Translations under genes and position numbers: made by a program
Source: Octopus vulgaris
Taxonomy: Eukaryota
DNA length: 64,000 bases
Direction: 5' to 3'
NCBI GenBank assembly: GCA_951406725.2
Contig: OX597825.1
Location: 86,490,001-86,554,000 of the forward strand
Part shown: positions 62,331 through 64,000 of the stretch, piece by piece
How the letters are laid out: every line of letters starts with the position of its first letter
How positions within the stretch are numbered: position 1 is the first letter of the stretch
The notes under the pieces: model-generated
What the model saw: only the letters and a program-made list of their open reading frames with translations
The model's database searches: none
Told to the model about the DNA's origin: nothing

Positions 62331-63810
62331 TTCCAACTTCTGGAGGTGTAGCCTATAAACTGGTAACTGCCTTATACACCATAACAGTAGTTGTCAAGTT
62401 CTATATAGAGATCATAATCTCCTTAAATTCATCTACTCAGATTATCAAAGATTATTCTTGCAACCTCATCATCAATAATTGTGTTCTGTGATTGGTGATT
62501 TACCAGATATTGAAAGTGCTCAATATTTTCCATGTCTCACCAAGTCTCCCAAATAGCAGGTTCCTACTTGTTGATGAAGCAAGACACCTTTTTAGTTTTA
62601 ACTAAAGTTGGCCGTTAAGCACTTACTGTTGTGCATATTGTGTATTCATATTGATGGGGTCTTCCCTCTGACATGAAGTCAGTCTCAGTTGAATGACTTA
62701 CCATCTGATTGATAAATAAATACGTTGAGTAAAACAGGATATTCAGGAGTATTGTATTGAAGTAAAAGGGAATATCTGATGTAAAATGACTGTGGCTGAC
62801 AATTCTCTAAGATTAAAACTCTTTGGCAACGGCTCCTGGTTAACAAATTTCAGCTAAGTCTATATCTGAAAAGAGGACCATTTTCTATGTGTGGCAGTAG
62901 AAATATTGTTTCTCATTTTAAAATGTGGTTACTCCAATGATATTTGTAGATTAGTCAAGCAACTGAATTTCTGTGGTGGCTTTGAAATGGTCATGAAATG
63001 AAAAATAAGTCAGTGGAATGTTTGAATGAAATGCTGTGAAATGGCAGACTGTGACAAGGTGTTTATTTTCATGGTGTAGCAGTGTGGCAAGAAGTTTATT
63101 TTGGTCAGGTTCTCAACAGCTTCACTTTCCTTAAAGAAAATATCTTTTGACTGGGATTTGTTGTGAGAATTTGAGAAAGTTGTGAGACCTTAGAGGACAA
63201 AAATTAATCAATGATGTCGAGAGTGGATTTTTTTTTTTAAACAGACCTAATGTGAAAAGAAAAAAAAAACTGATTTGGATTGAAGAACAATGTAATAATG
63301 TTTATATTGGTTGTTGTTGTTGTGATGGTGATGGTGGTGGTGGTTTGTGATATTTAGATCATTCCACAGTCTTTGTTATTCTGAATCCATTCTACTAATA
63401 TTGTTTATAGAATATTGATTTCTTTGGATAAACTTGAAAGCCAATTCTTGTCGGTTGGTGGTGCAAGTCTACAGTTGATTGGTCCAGTATCAGTGTATTA
63501 CTGATAATTATTTTTTATTGACCTCAGAAAGATGGCAATGTTTGTGGTTGTAATAGCAGCAGCAGCAGTAGTAGTAGTAGTAGTAGTAAGAGTACATGCA
63601 GTGAAACTCTGCTAATTCCGACACTGCCAGTCTCAGTATATTACTTATGCTATTGATTAGGGACATATTTTGTAGGAGGTGGGTGTAATTGATTAAACTT
63701 AATTGATTAAACTAACTAATTAGTGATGTTTATGTTCGATGAAAGGTGGGCAAGTGAACATGGAATTTTAACTTTGGAACAGTGAAGCAGTGAATGTAAA
63801 ATGTCTATTC

Positions 63811-64000
63811 TAGTGGTTCTCAACCAGGGTCTGGATGGCCCCTGTGGGTCTACATAAGATTTTATTGTTAAAATTTGTGTGCAATAAAACTGGTTACGCT
63901 TCTCCAATACACAAAATATTTTAAGAATTTTTTAATAACACTTCCTAATAATAGGATTTTTTAAACACAGAATGACTAGGAGGGTCCAGTAAGGGGAAAA
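63811..64000. mobile_element. hAT-type MITE, sister of 15139-15387, runs off the window end
   Basis: Starts tagtggttctcaacc; interior is the reverse complement of the 15139 element. Confidence 0.7.

Noticed and set aside
1-64000. Remaining 60-140 aa ORFs in the track as genes
   Set aside because: Most start at TTG/GTG, overlap repeats or low-complexity DNA and show no recognisable domain.

Overview
AT-rich, microsatellite- and transposon-dense animal genomic DNA. The repeat families look like those of an octopus (coleoid cephalopod), an inference from recalled repeat consensus sequences rather than a search. Only one host coding exon is well supported: a 308-nt internal exon (37721-38028, +) carrying the start codon and N-terminal SAM domain of an Ack-like/PR2-type (TNK2/ACK family) non-receptor tyrosine kinase, so most of the window is probably giant introns of that gene. 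The rest is a catalogue of mobile DNA: a 5'-truncated RTE-clade LINE with a full-length but defective Hsmar1-like mariner inserted into it, a second decayed mariner, a fold-back mariner MITE, hAT and TTAA MITEs, many modular tRNA-derived SINEs, and Penelope-like fragments with minimal hammerhead ribozyme motifs. The most striking structure is a 194-bp palindrome made of two inverted hammerheads. No prokaryotic genes or CRISPR arrays are present. Boundaries of SINEs and decayed elements are approximate. I see no evidence for a wholly new protein-coding system; the best leads are RNA-structure and mobile-element features.
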